A stretch of 44,305 nt of DNA from Deltaproteobacteria bacterium. GTDB lineage: Bacteria > Desulfobacterota > DSM-4660 > Desulfatiglandales > B25-G16. Shown here one piece after another: positions 19,392 to 30,470 of this stretch. A model generated the notes under the pieces. It made no database searches and was not told where the DNA came from. It saw nothing but the letters and a program-made list of their open reading frames with translations. The position numbers and the translations under genes are program-made. The stretch lies in NCBI GenBank assembly GCA_018400255.1, contig JAGYMO010000341.1, positions 1 to 44,305 on the forward strand, in the 5' to 3' direction. Position 1 is the first letter of the stretch, and every line of letters starts with the position of its first letter.

Positions 19392-19830
19392 TTACAGAAT
19401 GATCTTTTAGCATTTCTTTTGGCTCCATTTTTATAGTATTGTATATTTTATCTAATAGGCCATTAATAAATGCACCTGAGTCCTTTCCTCCAAATTTTTT
19501 ACCCAAATCTACCGCCTCATTAATGGATACCTTTGGTGGAATATCATCCCTTTTTAAAAACTCATATATTGCCAATCTTAGTATAGCGCGGTCAACTCTT
19601 CCTATACGCTCTAATCGCCAATTTTTCGATGTTTTATCTATTAATGCATCTATCTCTTTAAGACAAGAAAACACTCCTAATACAAGTTCCCGAGAAAACG
19701 GTTTAATATCCTCAGATGCATCAAAATTATTGCAAACCAAATCAAAGCATTCTTCTGGATTAGTCTTGAAATAATCAAGGCTAAAAAGCACCTTCAATGC
19801 TAGCTCTCTTGATTGTCTTCTCTTGCCCAT
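19381..19830 (-). CDS. nusB: Transcription antitermination factor NusB
   Basis: Contains 'RRQSRELALKVLF', 'LERIGRVDRAILRLAIYE' and 'INEAVDLGKKFG'. Confidence 0.93.
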   Translation of the reverse strand: MGKRRQSRELALKVLFSLDYFKTNPEECFDLVCNNFDASEDIKPFSRELVLGVFSCLKEIDALIDKTSKNWRLERIGRVDRAILRLAIYEFLKRDDIPPKVSINEAVDLGKKFGGKDSGAFINGLLDKIYNTIKMEPKEMLKDHSVNAV

Positions 19831-20055
19831 TTAGCTTTATAACTTTAAGCTCAAAAGTTTATAAAAAATAAACCCATGTTTGGCACATTTTTTCTACTGC
19901 CAAAATAATTTCATTCAAATAAGTTTACTATTTGAGGCACTAATCAATAGGGTTTCACAAAAGTCTTTCAGTGTAGAGAATTGGTTACCTTATGTGATTT
20001 TTTATTGTAAATATCTGAAAACAGAATTCTTTGAAGCCACTATAACCAGGCATGC

Positions 20056-20529
20056 TTAATGCAATGCCTTGTATAAACTTACCATTTCCATTGCAGAGAC
20101 AGCCGCATCCCATCCTTTATTTCCGCTTTTCGCTCCAGCCCTTTCAATGGCCTGCTCTAATGTATCGCATGTAAGGATGCCAAATGTAACTGGGACTTGG
20201 CTCTCAAGTCCTACAGATGCAACCCCCCGAGATACTTGCGAGCTTATGTATTCAAAATGTGGCGTTTCCCCCCTTATAACTGCGCCTAAGCATATAACGC
20301 AATCGTACTTATTGCTTGAAGCTACTTTTTTTGCTACTGCCGCTATTTCAAACGCCCCTGGAACTTTAAAGATAGTCGTTTCCTCCTCAGGCTCTGCTGC
20401 TCCATGTCTTTTTAGCGCATCCAATGCGCCCTCTAGTAATCTTTGACTAATAAAATCATTAAAACGACTAACAATAATTGCAAACTTAATTCCCTTTGCA
20501 GATATCTCCCCCTCAACATAATTGGGCAT
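20056..20529 (-). CDS. ribH: 6,7-dimethyl-8-ribityllumazine synthase
   Basis: Contains '[12 protein letters not shown]', 'VPGAFEI' and '[14 protein letters not shown]'. Confidence 0.95.
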   Translation of the reverse strand: MPNYVEGEISAKGIKFAIIVSRFNDFISQRLLEGALDALKRHGAAEPEEETTIFKVPGAFEIAAVAKKVASSNKYDCVICLGAVIRGETPHFEYISSQVSRGVASVGLESQVPVTFGILTCDTLEQAIERAGAKSGNKGWDAAVSAMEMVSLYKALH

Positions 20530-20572
20530 GGCAATCCCCCTTATTTAAATTATTCTTCTTGACCTCTAAAAC

Positions 20573-21793
20573 CTATGTAATAGTTTCCTTAGGATTTAAT
20601 GACATTATATGCCCCAGTTTCTCACATTTTGTTAATAAATACTTCTCATTTTCAGGCCGTGGAGGAATCTCAATAGGAACCCTTTCGGTAACTTTTAAAC
20701 CATAACCCTCAAGCCCTATAATCTTTTTGGGATTGTTTGTCATCAATCGCATTTTTTTAACACCTAAACTAACGAGTATCTGCGCCCCTATACCATAGTC
20801 TCTAAGGTCGGGCTTAAACCCCAGCTCTTCATTTGCCTCTACGGTGTCGAATCCCTTATCCTGTAATGCATAGGCCTTTAGCTTATTTATCAAGCCTATG
20901 CCCCTTCCCTCTTGTTTCAGATAGATAAGAACTCCTAAACCCTCCTGGTTTATCATCTCAGCAGCCTTTTTCAACTGATCCCCGCAGTCACACCTACGAG
21001 AGCCAAAAACATCCCCTGTAAGGCATTCTGAATGAACCCTAACCAATATCTCCTTCTCAGGGTCAATCTCTCCCTTTACAAGCACTAGATGCTCACTTTT
21101 ATCTATCTCATTTCGAAAGCCTAGTGCCTTAAATTCTCCATAAGGAGTGGGTAAAATCGTCTCCGCGTCTTTGTGTACAAAAGATTCATTTCTTATTCTA
21201 TAGGCAATAATATCAGCAACAGTAGCAATTTTTAGATCATGTTTTTTAGCGAACTTATCTAAATCAGGTCTTCTGGCCATCGTACCATCTTCATTCATAA
21301 TCTCGCAGATAACACCTGCCGGTTTTAATCCTGCAAGCCTGGCTAAATCAACAGACCCCTCTGTTTGTCCTGTCCTAAATAAAACTCCCCCCCTTCGTGC
21401 CCTTAATGGGAAGATATGACCTGGCTGGACTAAATCTGATGGTGATGCATTGTCCGCTACCGCGGCAAGAATAGTGTGGGCGCGATCAGCTGCAGATATT
21501 CCTGTTGTTACCCCGCTTGCTCCATCTATTGTCACTGTAAAGGCAGTGTTAAAAGGTGACCTGTTGTCTTGAACCATAAGAGGCAAATTTAATCGTTCCG
21601 CTATCTCTGGGCTAAGGGAAAGACAAATAAGGCCTCTCGCGTACTTTGCCATAAAATTAATTGCTTCAGGGGTAACCTTTTCTGCTGCCATTGTAAGATC
21701 GCCCTCGTTTTCCCTGTCCTCATCGTCTACAAGGATAATTATTTTACCGTTTCTCATGTCTTCAATCACGTCATCAATCTTAGAAATCCCCAT
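20573..21793 (-). CDS. ribBA: Bifunctional 3,4-dihydroxy-2-butanone-4-phosphate synthase / GTP cyclohydrolase II
   Basis: Contains '[11 protein letters not shown]' and '[16 protein letters not shown]'. ATG at 21793 follows GGAGG with a 5-nt spacer; the ORF extends to 21811. Confidence 0.94.
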   Translation of the reverse strand: MGISKIDDVIEDMRNGKIIILVDDEDRENEGDLTMAAEKVTPEAINFMAKYARGLICLSLSPEIAERLNLPLMVQDNRSPFNTAFTVTIDGASGVTTGISAADRAHTILAAVADNASPSDLVQPGHIFPLRARRGGVLFRTGQTEGSVDLARLAGLKPAGVICEIMNEDGTMARRPDLDKFAKKHDLKIATVADIIAYRIRNESFVHKDAETILPTPYGEFKALGFRNEIDKSEHLVLVKGEIDPEKEILVRVHSECLTGDVFGSRRCDCGDQLKKAAEMINQEGLGVLIYLKQEGRGIGLINKLKAYALQDKGFDTVEANEELGFKPDLRDYGIGAQILVSLGVKKMRLMTNNPKKIIGLEGYGLKVTERVPIEIPPRPENEKYLLTKCEKLGHIMSLNPKETIT

Positions 21794-22457
21794 TCTTTCC
21801 TCCAAAGCCATAATTATTCAACATTGACCGGTCTATCCTTGACGGATTTTTATCGCTTATGGCTTTTTTATCATTAATAACAAATTTTTCAATATATTTG
21901 GATATAACGTCCACCTCTATATTCACCCTATTCCCAACTCTGCTCCCAATCATTGTAGTTTCTTTTACAGTCTTTGGAATAATATTTACCTCAAAACAGG
22001 TGTCATTGCATTTATTGATAGTAAGGCTAATCCCATTTACTGCGATAGATCCTTTTTCTATTAAATACGTTCCTATATCTTTTTCAACTTTGACTTGAAG
22101 AAAAAAAGATTTTTCGAGCTTCTGAAATTTTCCTATAATACCTTTACCATCCACATGTCCACTAACAAGATGTCCGCCTAGCCTATCAGACAATCTAAGT
22201 GCCTTTTCAAGATTCACTCTACTGGCTTGCTTCATATCAATCAAGGTGCTTCTTTCCAGTGTCTCTCTGGATGCATCGAAGCAAAATAAGCTCCCCTTAA
22301 CACTCGTTATAGTCAGGCAAACACCATCAACAGCGATGCTGTCTCCTTCCTTACAGTCAGAAAAAAATGCGGGCATCTTAATAGTAAAGTTTGACTCTGA
22401 ACCGTACTTATGGATATTTTTTATTTCCCCAATTCCTTGAATAATTCCGGTAAACAT
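21780..22457 (-). CDS. ribE: Riboflavin synthase
   Basis: Contains '[10 protein letters not shown]' and an internal duplication ('[10 protein letters not shown]' / '[10 protein letters not shown]'). Confidence 0.94.
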   Translation of the reverse strand: MFTGIIQGIGEIKNIHKYGSESNFTIKMPAFFSDCKEGDSIAVDGVCLTITSVKGSLFCFDASRETLERSTLIDMKQASRVNLEKALRLSDRLGGHLVSGHVDGKGIIGKFQKLEKSFFLQVKVEKDIGTYLIEKGSIAVNGISLTINKCNDTCFEVNIIPKTVKETTMIGSRVGNRVNIEVDVISKYIEKFVINDKKAISDKNPSRIDRSMLNNYGFGGKNGDF

Positions 22458-22526
22458 AACATATACACTAAGATAATAGCTTTATGAGTTTTATAACCTT
22501 ATTTTTATATGCAATAAAAGTAAATC

Positions 22527-23627
22527 TTATTTCAGAGGATATGCCTCTATCATTATATCATCATCAAATATTCTCACTTTTTTGAAATTCAGTCGATAAC
22601 TCTTTTCTATCATATCACAACCTTTTCCCCTCATAAATGGAATCCCATCGCCCCCACCTAATATCTTTGGTGCAAAAAATAAATAAAACTTGTCTGCAAC
22701 ATCGCCTCTAATTATAGAACTATAAATTCTTGCACCCCCCTCTACTAACACAGATCCTAGTGGAATTGTTGATAGCCTGTCAAATAAATCTAACATATCC
22801 ACCTGACCGTTTTTAAGTTCGCACTGAATAACCCTGGCACCAAGGTTTTCTATGCGCCTTATTTTTGCCCTATCCACATTACTACCTGATGCTATAATGG
22901 TCAAGTGAGCAGCCTCCGAGTTAAAAACATTGCTGCTCAAAGGTGCCCTTAAATGCGTATCAACAACTATCCTAAAAGGATGAGATACACTTTTTTTTCT
23001 CATGTAAGGCGTTAATTTCGGATTATCGGCTATTACAGTCTCCACTCCAACTAAGATGGCTCCTGAATGTTCTCTAAGCTTGTGAACAAATCTTCGTGAT
23101 TTTTGGTCGGTTATCCACTTTGAATCTCCCTTTTCTGTTGCTATCCAGCCGTCTAGTGTCATGGCAACCTTTACTGCTACAAAAACCTTTCCCTCAACTA
23201 CGTTCTTTATATAAACCTCGTTTAACGCAGAACATTCTTCCTCCATAACACCACACCTTACTTCCAGTCCCTTTGATTGAAGAAATTCACAACCTCCTCC
23301 GGTTACGCCCTTGTTCGGATCTTTAATGCCTACAACAACCCTGGATACACCACTATCCAGAATAGCCTTTGTGCATGGTGGTGTCCTGCCGTAATGGTTG
23401 CAAGGCTCTAAATTTACATACATTGTAGACCCCCGTGCACCCTCGCCGACCTTTGACAAGGCATCTACCTCCGCATGCTTCATTCCAGCCTTCTTATGAT
23501 AGCCTGAGCTAACAATCCTTCCATCTTTCACCAAAAGAGCCCCAACAACTGGATTTGGAAATGTGGATCCAAGTCCCTTTTTTGCCAAAGAGATAACCTT
23601 TTTCATAAACCTTTCATCGTTATCCAT
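22527..23627 (-). CDS. ribD: Bifunctional diaminohydroxyphosphoribosylaminopyrimidine deaminase / 5-amino-6-(5-phosphoribosylamino)uracil reductase
   Basis: Contains 'HAEVDAL', 'PCNHYGRTPPC' and a C-terminal reductase domain. Confidence 0.94.
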   Translation of the reverse strand: MDNDERFMKKVISLAKKGLGSTFPNPVVGALLVKDGRIVSSGYHKKAGMKHAEVDALSKVGEGARGSTMYVNLEPCNHYGRTPPCTKAILDSGVSRVVVGIKDPNKGVTGGGCEFLQSKGLEVRCGVMEEECSALNEVYIKNVVEGKVFVAVKVAMTLDGWIATEKGDSKWITDQKSRRFVHKLREHSGAILVGVETVIADNPKLTPYMRKKSVSHPFRIVVDTHLRAPLSSNVFNSEAAHLTIIASGSNVDRAKIRRIENLGARVIQCELKNGQVDMLDLFDRLSTIPLGSVLVEGGARIYSSIIRGDVADKFYLFFAPKILGGGDGIPFMRGKGCDMIEKSYRLNFKKVRIFDDDIMIEAYPLK

Positions 23628-23801
23628 TGCTTATGAATCCTTGGAAATATTTTTAGAATTTATCATGATCAGGTTGGCGTAAAAGTTTTTTGTAGATATA
23701 ACAGGTGGGAAAATATATTTTTAACACTATTTATATATTCTATGCCGCCAGCAAGTCCCTATATTTGTATCAGCCAAAGTATAATCTAATATCAAAAAGG
23801 C

Positions 23802-24272
23802 CTATAGACCTTCTTTGCCTCTTTCGTCAAGAAGGTCTTTTAACTCTGTCATAAACTCATTTATATCTTTAAATTGCTTATAAACAGATGAAAATCTGAC
23901 ATATGCAACATCATCCCATTCTTTTAGTTTCTCAATAACCTTTTCCCCTATATCAGAACTATTTATCTCCCTAAAGCCGCTTTGTTGAAATATTTGAGGT
24001 AAAGAATCAACAAATTCATCTATGTCATTGGTACTTATCGGTCTTTTCTGGCAGGCCTTTTGAATCCCAGATCTAATTTTTTCTAAATTAAACCTCTCTC
24101 TTCTACCATCCTTTTTCACCACCATTGGTAAAGCTGATACTACCTTTTCATAGGTGGTAAAACGTTTTCCGCAATTAAGGCACTCTCTGCGTCTTCTTAT
24201 CATCAAGTTATCTTTACTTAGCCTGGAGTCAACCACCTTGTTTTTTATATCTCCACAAAACGGACATTTCAT
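23802..24272 (-). CDS. nrdR: Transcriptional repressor NrdR
   Basis: Contains 'MKCPFCG...[12 protein letters not shown]' (Zn ribbon) plus an ATP-cone. Confidence 0.95.
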   Translation of the reverse strand: MKCPFCGDIKNKVVDSRLSKDNLMIRRRRECLNCGKRFTTYEKVVSALPMVVKKDGRRERFNLEKIRSGIQKACQKRPISTNDIDEFVDSLPQIFQQSGFREINSSDIGEKVIEKLKEWDDVAYVRFSSVYKQFKDINEFMTELKDLLDERGKEGL

Positions 24273-24715
24273 ATAGCTAACCTTTCAATTTCTATGTTTG
24301 CTTCGGCGATCATCTCATCTGCCAAGGCGTCTGGATAACCCTCTAAATAATAAATCTTTTTTATACCTGCATTTATAATCATCTTTGAGCAAATAATGCA
24401 GGGTTTATGCGTGGAGTAAAGAACAGTATCTTTAGTGCTAACACCATAGTATGCGGCTTGAATGATCACATTCTGCTCTGCATGGAGTCCTCTGCATAAC
24501 TCATGTCTTTCGCCTGACTTTATGCCCAATTTCTCCCGCAGACAACCAGTCTCTTCACAATGTCTTATACCAGTAGGTGCACCATTGTATCCAGTTGCAA
24601 TTATTCTTTTATCTTTTACTAATACGGCACCAATATTTCGTCTTAGACATGTTGACCTTTTAGATACCAGTTTTGCAATTGTCATAAAGTACTCTGACCA
24701 GGAAGGCCTTGTCAA
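24269..24715 (-). CDS. dCMP deaminase (ComEB-type cytidine/deoxycytidylate deaminase)
   Basis: Contains 'HAEQNVI' and 'PCIICSKMI'. 4-nt ATGA overlap with nrdR. Confidence 0.9.
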   Translation of the reverse strand: MTRPSWSEYFMTIAKLVSKRSTCLRRNIGAVLVKDKRIIATGYNGAPTGIRHCEETGCLREKLGIKSGERHELCRGLHAEQNVIIQAAYYGVSTKDTVLYSTHKPCIICSKMIINAGIKKIYYLEGYPDALADEMIAEANIEIERLAI

Positions 24716-24857
24716 TGAATATCTCCAATATAAAAAATCTTCATAAAATTTTAAACGCCTATTGCATTTCGGTCCATACTCGTATTAGCGCAGCTATGGA
24801 AATTGAAATCTGTATTCATAAAAGTTGAGAAATTTAATCCTAATCGAGTTAAAAAAT

Positions 24858-26087
24858 CTAAACTAAAGGGAATTGCCTGCAAAGAGAATGAACCATTGAT
24901 TTGATATCTCCAAGAACCTCGCTATTATGAGGGCTTTCCAGCACAGAGATGATCCATTCCGCTATTCTCTTCATTTCTCTTTCTTTCATACCTCTTGTAG
25001 TTAAGGCCGGCGTACCTAATCTAATCCCGCTTGTCACCTTCGGCCCCTTTCCGTCAAAAGGGATAACATTCTTATTTAACACTATCCCTGCTTTTCCCAG
25101 GATTTCCTCTGCCTCAATTCCAGTAAGCCCTGTATTACTGAGATCTACTAATATTAGGTGATTATCTGTGCCGTCAGTTACAATTTTTAGGCCATGTTTA
25201 GATAATTCCTCAGCAAGCGTCTTTGCGTTACCTATAACCTGTTTTTGATATTCTTTGAACTCTTGGCTCATTGCCTCTCTAAACGCCACTGCCTTAGCAG
25301 CAATGACATGCATTAAGGGACCGCCCTGAGTTCCAGGAAAGACTTGGCTGTCAATAATTTTCGAATATTTTTTTTTCGCAAGGATAAAGCCGCCGCGTGG
25401 TCCCCGCAAGGTCTTATGCGTAGTGCCAGTGACAAAATCGGCATACGGGACAGGTGAAGGATGCAAATCCGCCGCTACCAAACCAGCAATATGTGCCATG
25501 TCAACGAGTAAATAGGCGCCAACATCTTCCGCAATGTCCTTAAATTTTTTGTAGTCAATAGTCCTGGGATAAGAACTTGCGCCAGCAACAATAAGTTTAG
25601 GTCTGTGAGATTTTGCCTGAGATTCAATCTGGTTAAAGTCTAATAAATAGGTCTCGTTGTCCACACCATAAAAAAAGGCTTTGTATAATTTACCGGAGAA
25701 GTTGGAGCTGCTCCCATGGCTTAAATGCCCCCCATGTGTCATATCCATTGACAAAATTGTATCCCCTGGATTTAAGAAACCAAAGTATATGGCCATATTG
25801 GCTTGGGTACCTGAATGAGGCTGAACGTTGGCATACTCCGCATTGAAAACCTGTTTAGCCCTATCTATAGCAAGATTTTCTATGACATCTACATATTCAC
25901 AGCCACCGTAATATCTTGCCCCTGGATATCCTTCTGCATATTTATTTGTTAGCACACTGGCCTGGACATCAATGATTTCTCTGCTCACATAATTTTCCGA
26001 GGCAATCATTACCAGGGTGCCTCTTTGTCGCTCCGCTTCTCTCTCTATAGCTATAGAAATCTCGGGATCGATTTTTTCTAAACTCAT
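24858..26087 (-). CDS. glyA: Serine hydroxymethyltransferase
   Basis: Contains '[12 protein letters not shown]' and 'ASENYVS'. Confidence 0.96.
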   Translation of the reverse strand: MSLEKIDPEISIAIEREAERQRGTLVMIASENYVSREIIDVQASVLTNKYAEGYPGARYYGGCEYVDVIENLAIDRAKQVFNAEYANVQPHSGTQANMAIYFGFLNPGDTILSMDMTHGGHLSHGSSSNFSGKLYKAFFYGVDNETYLLDFNQIESQAKSHRPKLIVAGASSYPRTIDYKKFKDIAEDVGAYLLVDMAHIAGLVAADLHPSPVPYADFVTGTTHKTLRGPRGGFILAKKKYSKIIDSQVFPGTQGGPLMHVIAAKAVAFREAMSQEFKEYQKQVIGNAKTLAEELSKHGLKIVTDGTDNHLILVDLSNTGLTGIEAEEILGKAGIVLNKNVIPFDGKGPKVTSGIRLGTPALTTRGMKEREMKRIAEWIISVLESPHNSEVLGDIKSMVHSLCRQFPLV

Positions 26088-26134
26088 GAAAACTCCAGTG
26101 ATTTTACCCTTATTAAATTTTTAATTACCTTACT

Positions 26135-26569
26135 CTACCAATCTTCGATTTTATCTAAACGTCTTTTGTGGCGACCTCCCTCAAAATTTGTCTGTAAAAA
26201 GAGATCTACCATCTCAAATGCCAAGCCATCCCCCAAAACCCTTCCGCCGAGGGCAAGTATATTGGCATCGTTATGTTTTCTGCTAAATTTAACTGTATAG
26301 AGATTATGACAAAGTGCAGCCCTTACGTTTCGGTGTTTATTTGCAACTATCGACATACCGATACCTGAGCCACATATTAAGATACCCCTTTCGAATTTCC
26401 CCTCGGAGATATTTTTGGCTACATGATGAGCAATAATAGGATAATCAACCGGCTCTCGGTTAAAAACACCTGCGTCCTCAACTAAAAACTCGTTTCTCTC
26501 AAACAAAAAGGTCCTTATTTTCTCTTTCAAATCAAATCCGGCATGGTCAGAGCCTATAATTATATTCAT
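26135..26569 (-). CDS. rpiB: Ribose-5-phosphate isomerase B
   Basis: Contains 'IIIGSDHAGFDLKE' and 'ICGSGIGMSI'. Confidence 0.93.
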   Translation of the reverse strand: MNIIIGSDHAGFDLKEKIRTFLFERNEFLVEDAGVFNREPVDYPIIAHHVAKNISEGKFERGILICGSGIGMSIVANKHRNVRAALCHNLYTVKFSRKHNDANILALGGRVLGDGLAFEMVDLFLQTNFEGGRHKRRLDKIEDW

Positions 26570-26734
26570 TGTTTCTCTTTTTAAAATCTAATTACAATAC
26601 ATATATTATATATCTTTGGCGTTTTCTTTGGTTAGAGATCGTATTTAAAAAAAAAGTTGACTATGAATAGAAAAATCATGGTAACAAAAAAGGGTACTAC
26701 ATTATTATATCTACCTAATTAAAAATATTACACG

Positions 26735-27028
26735 TCAACTACTATCCCTAAAAGGGATAGCTTGGGGGTCAGAGGCACAGAGGTACCGAGTTTTTGAGAC
26801 GCATTATTTCTTATTTGTGCCTGCCTGTACGATGCACCTGTCTGCGTGCTGACACGCACAGACAGGCGCAGACAGGCCTTTGCCACTTTGCCCCTTAACC
26901 AGATAAAATTATTAAACTAAACTCTTCGCGTGTCGAAGCGAAGCGGAGATCCCGCCTGCGGGGTAACGGATCCTCCTGAGCGGGGAAGGCGAGGGGTTTT
27001 TCCATTCCCCGAAGAAGGCAATAAGATT
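26735..27028 (+). repeat. Dispersed GC-rich hairpin-rich repeat, family 1, copy B (~294 bp, with a ~70-80 bp copy-specific insert)
   Basis: Same orientation and same ordered blocks as 5152-5385. The extra segment at about 26784-26856 overlaps a bulged 12-bp hairpin (26837-26866). Confidence 0.85.
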
Positions 27029-27074
27029 TTACTTTTTTAAAAAATAGTTGAAAATAATAAAAATTTCCTATGCA

Positions 27075-28316
27075 CTAGGGACTAAATTCTTTAAAAATTA
27101 ATGTACAATTGGTGCCACCAAACCCGAAAGAATTAGACATTACTGTCTTAACGTCTGCTTTTCTGGCCTTATTTGGAACATAATCGAGATCACATTCAGG
27201 ATCTGGGAATTCATAGTTTATGGTAGGAGGGATTAGATTATTGTTAATTGTTAAAATAGAGTATATAGCCTCTACTGCCCCTGTGCCTCCCAGTATATGA
27301 CCTGTCATAGACTTTGTTGAGCTAACAGGCAACTTATATGCATAATCACCAAACACGGACTTTATACCCTTAGTCTCAGATAAATCGTTTAGCTGCGTAC
27401 TAGTTCCATGTGCATTTATACAATCAATTTGTGTTGGTTCTAAGTGAGCGTCCTTTAGTGCTTCTTTCATACAAGCACTTGCACCCTTTCCATCAGGGTC
27501 TGGGGCTGCCACATGATAGCCATCTGAAGACATCCCGTATCCAATTATCTCAGCGTAGATATGCGCACCCCTATCTAAGGCATGGTTCAATTCTTCAAGT
27601 ATAATAATAGCTCCACCCTCTGATATTATAAATCCATCCCTTTCTTTATCAAAAGGCCTTGATGCTTTCTGAGGCTCATCATTTCTAGTAGACAATGACT
27701 TCATTGAGATAAAACCGCCCAGGGCCAAAGGTGTCAAAACAGCCTCTGTTCCACCAGTTATCATTGCGTCGGCAGCTCCACGGCTGATTATCTTAAATGA
27801 TTCACCAATCGCATGAGAACTCGCAGCACACGCTGTTACAATAGCGCTGTTTGGCCCCCTTACCCCAAATTCAATAGAAATTTTACCAGGCGCCATGTTA
27901 GCAATTATCCCCGGTATAAAAAAGGGACTTATTCTTTTTGGTCCTTTTTCTAATAGGAGCTTATGAAAATGCTCGATAGTGCTTAATCCACCCAACCCTG
28001 AGCCTGTTACACAGCCTACACGATGTTCATTCTCTGAAGTTATTTTCAACCTTGAATCCTCTATTGCCATACGCGTTGACGCTATGGCATAATGGATAAA
28101 TATATCAAGATGCCTGACATCTTTTGATGAAAGAAAATCTTCAGATCTAAAATTCTTAACCTCTCCAGCTATCTTAGATGAAAAAGCAGATGTGTCAAAT
28201 TTAGTGATAAGTCCTATCCCGGATTTTCCCTCTGAAACGGCTTGCCAGTTCTCTTCAACACCAATACCCAACGGCGTCACCATTCCCAAGCCTGTAATGA
28301 CAACTCGCCTATCCAT
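27075..28316 (-). CDS. fabF: 3-oxoacyl-ACP synthase II
   Basis: Active-site contexts 'TACAASSHAIG', 'NAHGTST' and 'SMTGHILG'. Confidence 0.95.
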   Translation of the reverse strand: MDRRVVITGLGMVTPLGIGVEENWQAVSEGKSGIGLITKFDTSAFSSKIAGEVKNFRSEDFLSSKDVRHLDIFIHYAIASTRMAIEDSRLKITSENEHRVGCVTGSGLGGLSTIEHFHKLLLEKGPKRISPFFIPGIIANMAPGKISIEFGVRGPNSAIVTACAASSHAIGESFKIISRGAADAMITGGTEAVLTPLALGGFISMKSLSTRNDEPQKASRPFDKERDGFIISEGGAIIILEELNHALDRGAHIYAEIIGYGMSSDGYHVAAPDPDGKGASACMKEALKDAHLEPTQIDCINAHGTSTQLNDLSETKGIKSVFGDYAYKLPVSSTKSMTGHILGGTGAVEAIYSILTINNNLIPPTINYEFPDPECDLDYVPNKARKADVKTVMSNSFGFGGTNCTLIFKEFSP

Positions 28317-28341
28317 CCCCCAGCCTCCTGATTATATGAAC

Positions 28342-28575
28342 TTAGCTCTTATTACTTTCAATATAGTCAATAGCATCCTGGACAGTGATTATTTTTTCAG
28401 CCTCATCATCTGATATGGAAATATCAAATTCCTCCTCTAGCGCCATAATCAATTCTACCTGATCAAGGGAATCTGCACCTAAATCATCGACAAAGGATGC
28501 CTTCGGGACTACATCCTCCTCTTTAACCTCTAACTGCTCACAAATGATCTTTTTTATTTTCTCCTCAGCTGACAT
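28342..28575 (-). CDS. acpP: Acyl carrier protein
   Basis: Contains '[20 protein letters not shown]'. ATG at 28575 lies 9 nt after GGAGG. Confidence 0.95.
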   Translation of the reverse strand: MSAEEKIKKIICEQLEVKEEDVVPKASFVDDLGADSLDQVELIMALEEEFDISISDDEAEKIITVQDAIDYIESNKS

Positions 28576-28611
28576 ATACACTTACCTCCGTAAAGTTTTT
28601 ACTAATTATAA

Positions 28612-29352
28612 CTACATATAAAGGCCACCATTTATATGGATAACTTGCCCCGTAATATAATTTGCACTGTTAGATGCCAGCCAATAAACCACCTCAGCTA
28701 CATCCTCAGGTTCACCCATTCTTTGCATAGGAATTTGCGATATAAATGCCTCCTTAACCTTATCAGGAAGCTTTTCCGTCATCTCTGTATTTATAAAGCC
28801 TGGGGCTACGGCATTAACAGTTATCCCCCTTCCGGCAAGCTCTTTTGCGGAAGTCTTTGTTAAACCGAGAATCCCTGCCTTTGATGCTGAATAGTTTGCT
28901 TGGCCTATATTTCCAATCTCCGCGACTACAGAAGAGATATTTATGATTTTACCACTCCGAGCTTTAATCATTGACCTGACTATAGATTTGGTACAGTTAA
29001 AAACACCCTTAAGGTTAACAGCCAAAACCTGATCCCATTCGTTCTCGGACATTCTCATTAAAAAAGCATCCCTTGTTATGCCGGCATTGTTCACTAGCAC
29101 ATCTACCTTACCGTAATTTTTGATTATTTGATCAAAGAATTGCCCTACATCCTTTAAAGATGAGACATCTAACTTTTCCGCGGCTGCCTCCACACCCATT
29201 TCATGCAGTAAATCCAGTGTGTTATTTGCAGCAAAATCATCAGGATCATAATGGGCTATAATAATTATGGTGTTCTCTTTTGCAAACCTCAGCCCTATCG
29301 ACCTTCCAATACCTCTTGATCCTCCCGTTATTACGACTACCCTTTTAGACAA
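28612..29352 (-). CDS. fabG: 3-oxoacyl-ACP reductase
   Basis: Contains 'ITGGSRGIG', 'NNAGI' and 'YSASKAG'. Confidence 0.92.
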   Translation of the reverse strand: MSKRVVVITGGSRGIGRSIGLRFAKENTIIIIAHYDPDDFAANNTLDLLHEMGVEAAAEKLDVSSLKDVGQFFDQIIKNYGKVDVLVNNAGITRDAFLMRMSENEWDQVLAVNLKGVFNCTKSIVRSMIKARSGKIINISSVVAEIGNIGQANYSASKAGILGLTKTSAKELAGRGITVNAVAPGFINTEMTEKLPDKVKEAFISQIPMQRMGEPEDVAEVVYWLASNSANYITGQVIHINGGLYM

Positions 29353-29625
29353 CGTAACTCCTTTTTTTACCTATCTATTTTTTCGTAAATCACATATACC
29401 TTCATGCTGTTTAAAATTCATAAAATAAAGGGTGAAATCTAAAAATTTCTTATTCATCATAAGCCTCTATTTTTTGAGAAAATACCCTTTATCCCAATTT
29501 TATTCCTTCCTTTTTTTAAAAATACAAAACCAAGGTATATATAAAATTAAACCTCTTGCATCTAAAAGCTTCTCTTTACTCAAAGGTCTTTTGAATACAT
29601 GAGGCATTCTATTTATTGTAGCTAT

Positions 29626-29808
29626 TTACTCTTTTTCAACATGAATCACGCTTTCACCATTATATGTTCCGCAGTTCATGCAAACATGGTGCGGCAAGAC
29701 AGGCTCATGACATTTTGGGCAAAATGATACATTTGGCATTGTAAGATGATGATGAGATCTCCTCTTATCCCTTCTTGACTTTGATTTTTTCTTTTTAGGT
29801 ACTGCCAT
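29626..29808 (-). CDS. rpmF: 50S ribosomal protein L32
   Basis: Contains 'MAVPKKKKSKSRRDKRRSH' and 'CPKC...CMNCG'. Confidence 0.95.
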   Translation of the reverse strand: MAVPKKKKSKSRRDKRRSHHHLTMPNVSFCPKCHEPVLPHHVCMNCGTYNGESVIHVEKE

Positions 29809-29823
29809 ATTTAATTTCCTCTC

Positions 29824-30318
29824 TTATTTTATTGTATTCAGCTTTTTTGCGCATGAACAAGTTTCAAAATTTAAATTACATCCACAAACAGGGCAAAGCC
29901 CTTTACAATTAACACTGCATATTGTCTTCATTGGGGTATTTAAAATAATCTGCTCTTTGATTATCTGATCAATATATAAGTAATTTCCATCTATAAAAAT
30001 GAGGTTAAGATCTTCCTCTGATAATTTAATGTCCAAGTCCCCCGCATATGGTGTTACTGATAGGAAAAATTTAAAGTTTGTTGACAGTGGCTTGTCATAA
30101 GGTTCAAGGCACCTATCACATCTCAATTTTAACGTCGTGGATAAAGCGCCTTCCACCGCAACCTTTTTTGCAAAATAATGTAACTTTATCCAACCAGACA
30201 AAGGCATAGAAAGCCCTATAATGTGGTCATTTTTAAAATCTGGATTCCACCAATCAGGACTAAAATTAAATTCTATATATTTACCGTCTGGGGGAATATT
30301 TGTCAAATCTATTTTCAT
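29824..30318 (-). CDS. yceD: YceD/DUF177-family protein
   Basis: Lies upstream of rpmF. Contains 'CDRCLEPY' and 'CKGLCPVCGCNLN..TCSC'. Confidence 0.88.
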   Translation of the reverse strand: MKIDLTNIPPDGKYIEFNFSPDWWNPDFKNDHIIGLSMPLSGWIKLHYFAKKVAVEGALSTTLKLRCDRCLEPYDKPLSTNFKFFLSVTPYAGDLDIKLSEEDLNLIFIDGNYLYIDQIIKEQIILNTPMKTICSVNCKGLCPVCGCNLNFETCSCAKKLNTIK

Positions 30319-30470
30319 TTATTAATTCGTCAATAAGACTTCAACCCATTAAAAATAGATAAGCTTTGCTTTTATATCCAGCAACCCCTTTTGTCAAGAA
30401 AATTTCTTCTAAATTTCTTCTATTATCAATACTTGAACTGCTTAAAGGAAAGTAGTAATATTACTATAAA

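Noticed and set aside
23628-23801. Expected FMN riboswitch upstream of ribD.
   Set aside because: Reading the minus strand of this spacer, I could not find the conserved FMN-element core or its multi-stem layout. The region is AT-rich and unstructured. ribD simply follows nrdR, a common arrangement.
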